A stretch of 64,000 nucleotides of DNA from Deltaproteobacteria bacterium (lineage in GTDB: Bacteria; Myxococcota_A; Polyangia; Polyangiales; Houyiibacteriaceae): assembly GCA_034670305.1 (NCBI GenBank), contig JAXMNT010000019.1, positions 32,001 through 96,000 of the forward strand, in the 5' to 3' direction. The notes under the pieces were generated by a model. That model was not told where the DNA came from. It saw only the letters and a list, made by a program, of their open reading frames with translations, and made no database searches. A program made the translations under genes and the position numbers. Of the stretch, positions 60,469-64,000 are shown piece by piece; position 1 is the first letter of the stretch, and each line of letters begins with the position of its first letter.

Positions 60469-61653
60469 TCAGGAGCCGCCCGGCTTCCCGTCCGGCGGCG
60501 CGTCGACCAGGGTGCCGCGCACGATCGTGCCGCTGCCGAACTTGTGTCCGAGCGCTTGGGTGAGCGCTTCGATCTGTTCGCGTTTCTTCTTCCGTTCGTC
60601 CGGGAAGAGCACCGGCTCGGGCGGCCCACTCGTGAGCTCGCCGACGCTCACCCCGGTCAATCGAATGCCGCGGTGCAGGTCCTCGAACTTCGCGAGGAGC
60701 ACGCGTACGGCGTCGTAGATCGAGTCGGTGTCCGCCACGCTCTCTGGCAAACGCATTTGCCGGCTCCGGACCCGGTGGTTGCCGTACTTGATCTTGAGCG
60801 TGACCACCTGCGCGCGCAGGTCGAGTCGGCTGAGCCGGCCGGCCACCCGCGCCGACTGTTGCAAGAGCACCGGCTCGAGCTGCGCGGCGGTGTGTCGATC
60901 CTTCTCGAAGGTCTGCTCGGCGCCCAGGCTCTTCGCGCCCCGCTCGGACACCACTTCACGGTCGTCGATGCCGTGCGCGAACGCGTGGATGTGGCGGCCC
61001 CACGATCCGAGGAGGGACTCGAGCGCATCCGGGTCGGTGGAGGCCAGATCGCCGAACGTGTGAAACCCGCACGCATGAAGACGCTCCGCCGCCTTGGGGC
61101 CCACGCCCCACATGCGCTCGATTTTTAGCGGCGCGAGGAACGCGCGTTTGCCTTCCTCCGCGACCACCACCAGGCCGTCGGGTTTGTCGAGGTCGCTGGC
61201 CACCTTCGCGACGAACTTGTTCGGGGCGACCCCCGCGCTTCCCCGCAGCCCGGTCGCGTCGAAGATGTCCTGCTTGATGCGCTTGGCGATCGTGACCGGA
61301 TCCCCGATCGCCGCGCGGCTCCCGGTGACGTCCAAGAACGCTTCGTCCAGGCTCAAGCCCTCCACAATCGGCGTGTAGCGGTGGAAGACGTCGAACACGG
61401 CATCGCTGACTTCTTGGTAGCGCTCCATGCGCCCCGACACGACGACCGCGTGCGGACAGCGCTGCATGGCTTCGACCATCGACATCGCACTGCGCACCCC
61501 GAACTTCCGAACCTCGTACGAGGCGGCGGCCACCACGCCACGACGCGAGTGCCCGCCCACGATGACCGGCTTGCCCCGCAGCGACGGGTCGTCGAGCTGC
61601 TCCACCGACGCGTAGAACGCATCCATGTCGACATGCAGGATCCCGCGCTCCAT
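60469..61653 (-). CDS. dinB: DNA polymerase IV
   Basis: [45 protein letters not shown]. Confidence 0.96.
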   Translation of the reverse strand: MERGILHVDMDAFYASVEQLDDPSLRGKPVIVGGHSRRGVVAAASYEVRKFGVRSAMSMVEAMQRCPHAVVVSGRMERYQEVSDAVFDVFHRYTPIVEGLSLDEAFLDVTGSRAAIGDPVTIAKRIKQDIFDATGLRGSAGVAPNKFVAKVASDLDKPDGLVVVAEEGKRAFLAPLKIERMWGVGPKAAERLHACGFHTFGDLASTDPDALESLLGSWGRHIHAFAHGIDDREVVSERGAKSLGAEQTFEKDRHTAAQLEPVLLQQSARVAGRLSRLDLRAQVVTLKIKYGNHRVRSRQMRLPESVADTDSIYDAVRVLLAKFEDLHRGIRLTGVSVGELTSGPPEPVLFPDERKKKREQIEALTQALGHKFGSGTIVRGTLVDAPPDGKPGGS

Positions 61654-61716
61654 CGCGCGCATGTTAGCAGCCGGGTGAGACGGTCTGTGCGCCGAGCACG
61701 CTCGGACGCGGGAAGC

Positions 61717-62271
61717 TCAGCTGAACTGCTTCAGGTGGTGCGCGCGACGCGTGGACGGATCGTAGAAGACGAACACCGAGCCGTGCATGTAGTACGAGTC
61801 CACCCGGGCGACGAAACGCCAGCCGTCCCCTCTCGGGGGATCGGGCGACTGGACCCAGACCGGCTCGCCGAGCTGGAGCCAGAGCTTGTCCTCCGGCCCG
61901 TACGCAGAGGCCGCTTCGATGAGGTGGGCTTTGCCGGAGTCGACCTCTGCGAACGTCGCGGGGCCTTCTTCGAATGTCTCCGCCCACTCCGATCCACGGG
62001 TCGGGTCGGCCGGTGGGCTGCCGTCCACGTCGACGAGCGTCCAGGTGTCGCCGTCCTGCTGTACGACGAAGGTCTCATCGACCGCGCCGGTGGCGAATCC
62101 GACACAGAGCGCGTGGTGTCCCGCGAGGTCGTCGAAGAGCACGCCGAGATCGAGCAGGACGAGCGGCTCGAAGAACCGCGGGTCGAGGCTGGGCTGGGTG
62201 ATCACTCGGGGCGGATGGCACACGTGCGGGCCCGAGGGCGAGAGTTCGAAGCGATGGACGGGAGGAGACAT
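61717..62271 (-). CDS. Hypothetical protein (C-terminus YwqG/DUF1963-like)
   Basis: LGEPVWVQ...WRFVARVDS...GSVFVFYD...QFS. Confidence 0.5.
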   Translation of the reverse strand: MSPPVHRFELSPSGPHVCHPPRVITQPSLDPRFFEPLVLLDLGVLFDDLAGHHALCVGFATGAVDETFVVQQDGDTWTLVDVDGSPPADPTRGSEWAETFEEGPATFAEVDSGKAHLIEAASAYGPEDKLWLQLGEPVWVQSPDPPRGDGWRFVARVDSYYMHGSVFVFYDPSTRRAHHLKQFS

Positions 62272-62377
62272 CGGCGAACCATGCCTCGCGAAGCTGGTCT
62301 CTGACCAGAGCGCGGAGACTGGCAAGGCCATCGAGAGGTATGCTGCACAACTTGCCAGGATATGAATGGGGACGCTG

Positions 62378-62908
62378 TCAGTCACCGAAATCAACGCAGC
62401 TTACGGCGCGGCAACGAAAACACCGTGAACTCCCGGTCACTTGGTACCTGGTACAACGCTCTCCAACTCCACATTCGTCATCGTCGGCGCAGCGATCCCT
62501 TCCGCTTCTACACTCAAGTGCCACCGCTTGAGCTGCGCCGTCTCGGCGATAGCAACCCAGTGACACGCCGCAGTCTTCGAGGGGGCAATCACCGGTACAG
62601 CGATCAGGCAAGCACCTGTTCCGGCCATCAGGATCCGCAGAACAAACGCACCTTTCTCCTGCGGCGCAGTCCTCGCTTGTCGCGCAGTCATGATAGGTAC
62701 ATTCGTGTTGGGTAGATGAGATTCGATGGCACCTGCCCTCGACTCCGTCGGTGCACTCCGAGTGAGTCCTGCAGCCCACGCCTCCTGGTCCAGGAAACAA
62801 ACCGTCGAAGTCACGGGGTCCGAGATCGCAGCGATCGGCCACAACCCTCGGGTCGCTTTCCCAACTGGCGCATCCAACAACTAGGAAGAAGAGTAGGAAC
62901 CTCACCAC
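62378..62908 (-). CDS. Cys-rich putative lipoprotein in a lower-GC patch
   Basis: RFLLFFLVVGC; repeated C..D.EC modules; GTG start uncertain. Confidence 0.6.
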   Translation of the reverse strand: MVRFLLFFLVVGCASWESDPRVVADRCDLGPRDFDGLFPGPGGVGCRTHSECTDGVEGRCHRISSTQHECTYHDCATSEDCAAGERCVCSADPDGRNRCLPDRCTGDCPLEDCGVSLGCYRRDGAAQAVALECRSGRDRCADDDECGVGERCTRYQVTGSSRCFRCRAVSCVDFGD

Positions 62909-62943
62909 CGGCACTCCCCCCGCAAAAAGTAGATCGAGTTGGA

Positions 62944-63792
62944 TCAGAAGGCCGTGACGACCAAGTCGCAGAAGGTGGCGCCGATGGGGCTCACGTCGCG
63001 GCCCTCGGTCTCGTGGCTGCCGAGCTCCACCGCGAACCCGCTCGTGGTCAGCGCGGTCTCGTAGTACGCGATGTCGCCCACCACGCGGCTGAAGGGCGCA
63101 CCGTCGCGCGTGACGTCGAGGACTTGTTGGTGCGTCTCGGCGTTCCACTCCGCCCGCACCCGATAGCTGGCGCCAGGCACCCAGGGCGCGCGCTCCCGGA
63201 ACGTCGTGTAGCTCATGAAGCCCATGCCCATGGGACGCGGTTCCAGGTCCACCCGACCGAAGAAGAGCGTCGTTCGATCGAGCCCGGGGGCGCGGGGCGG
63301 AAACACCTGCGCGCCGAGCCCACCGAGGTACCGCACGCGGGAAGGGGAACCGTTGCGCGTGAACCCGAAGAGGTTGTGGTTGAGGACGTCCCGGTCGAAC
63401 AGGTCTTCGCGCCACGGCCCGGTTTCGATCGTCATCTCGATCACGACCACCGGATGTTCGGTCCCGACCTCGCCGAAGGGGATGCGCAAGATCTCGTCCG
63501 CCGCCTCGACCGTGAAGAAACACCCGTCGCGTCGAACGAGTTCCGTCCCAGCCGAGCCAGCGTCGTCGTCGATCGAACCCGCATCGACCCCGCCGTCCAC
63601 CGCACCGCTGTCCGTGCCCGCATCCTCAGCGGCTGCGTCGACCGGATCGAACGCGTCGGAAGACGCCGTGTCGCCGCCCCCCGCATCGACCGCCGCGTCC
63701 AAGCCCACCGACGCGTCGTCCACCGAAGTCTCGTCCCCGCACGCCATCAACGCGCACAACAGCAGCGCCCAACACACGTGATTCAGCCCCAT
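62944..63792 (-). CDS. Hypothetical lipoprotein with DAG linker and beta-rich C-terminal domain
   Basis: LMACGD; DAG repeats; TAGACT box before ATG. Confidence 0.7.
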   Translation of the reverse strand: MGLNHVCWALLLCALMACGDETSVDDASVGLDAAVDAGGGDTASSDAFDPVDAAAEDAGTDSGAVDGGVDAGSIDDDAGSAGTELVRRDGCFFTVEAADEILRIPFGEVGTEHPVVVIEMTIETGPWREDLFDRDVLNHNLFGFTRNGSPSRVRYLGGLGAQVFPPRAPGLDRTTLFFGRVDLEPRPMGMGFMSYTTFRERAPWVPGASYRVRAEWNAETHQQVLDVTRDGAPFSRVVGDIAYYETALTTSGFAVELGSHETEGRDVSPIGATFCDLVVTAF

Positions 63793-63850
63793 GGCCACGG
63801 AGTCTACCGCGAACCGCCCCCACACGCCCTGGACCCCCCGCACTCAGCGT

Positions 63851-64000
63851 CGGCGCTTCGGCTTCGGATTCGGATTCGGCTTCGGATTCGGATTCGGCAT
63901 CGGCGTCGGCGTCGGCGTCGGATTCGGCGTCGGCGTCGGATTCGGATTCGGATTCGGATTCGGATTCGCGTCGGCGTCGGCGTCGGTATCGGATTCGGCG
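63851..64000. repeat. Hexamer array (TCGGAT/TCGGCG/TCGGCT)n, continues past window end
   Basis: Directly visible. Confidence 0.95.

Noticed and set aside
59842-60718. Poly-SA, poly-GF/GV, poly-R and PK/PT ORFs over the arrays (also 16536, 22179, 33667, 41168, 58455)
   Set aside because: Arrays lack stops in most frames; no RBS or domain support.

Overview
High-GC (about 70% by eye) bacterial chromosome segment, most consistent with a myxobacterium (Myxococcota, Polyangia/Sandaracinaceae-like), judged from MYXO-CTERM-type tails, Myxococcus Cys-rich repeats, AgmX/PglI-type domains and many CGDDD-DAG lipoproteins. About 50 CDS: housekeeping genes (pyrG, ppk1, ppx/gppA, dinB, msrB, AlaX, two hydroxyacyl-CoA dehydrogenases), transporters (NhaC, ArsB/NhaD, MATE, Wzx-like, ABC permease), a DUF58-transglutaminase-MoxR-TPR operon, and several secreted or lipid-anchored candidate cell-wall hydrolases. 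No rRNA, tRNA, CRISPR array, transposase, integrase or reverse transcriptase was seen. The most unusual signal is non-coding: about 12 dispersed 6-nt-periodic arrays (TCGGCN, GGGCAM, GCAGCG, CAGCAA, CAGCGA/CAGACT; roughly 2.7 kb in total), a 266-bp CTAG-bounded MITE-like fold-back element carrying one of these hexamer types, and a cassette of CAG/CAA array + highly structured ~215-nt leader + four-helix-bundle (TIGR02436/Avd-like) gene + hairpin. Also notable: a stand-alone primase-like (AEP) gene coupled to a GATase and ppk1, a 53-aa four-Cys ORF missed by the ORF track, and many apparently leaderless sigma70- and sigma54-type promoters. All family assignments come from motif recognition by eye; no searches were run.
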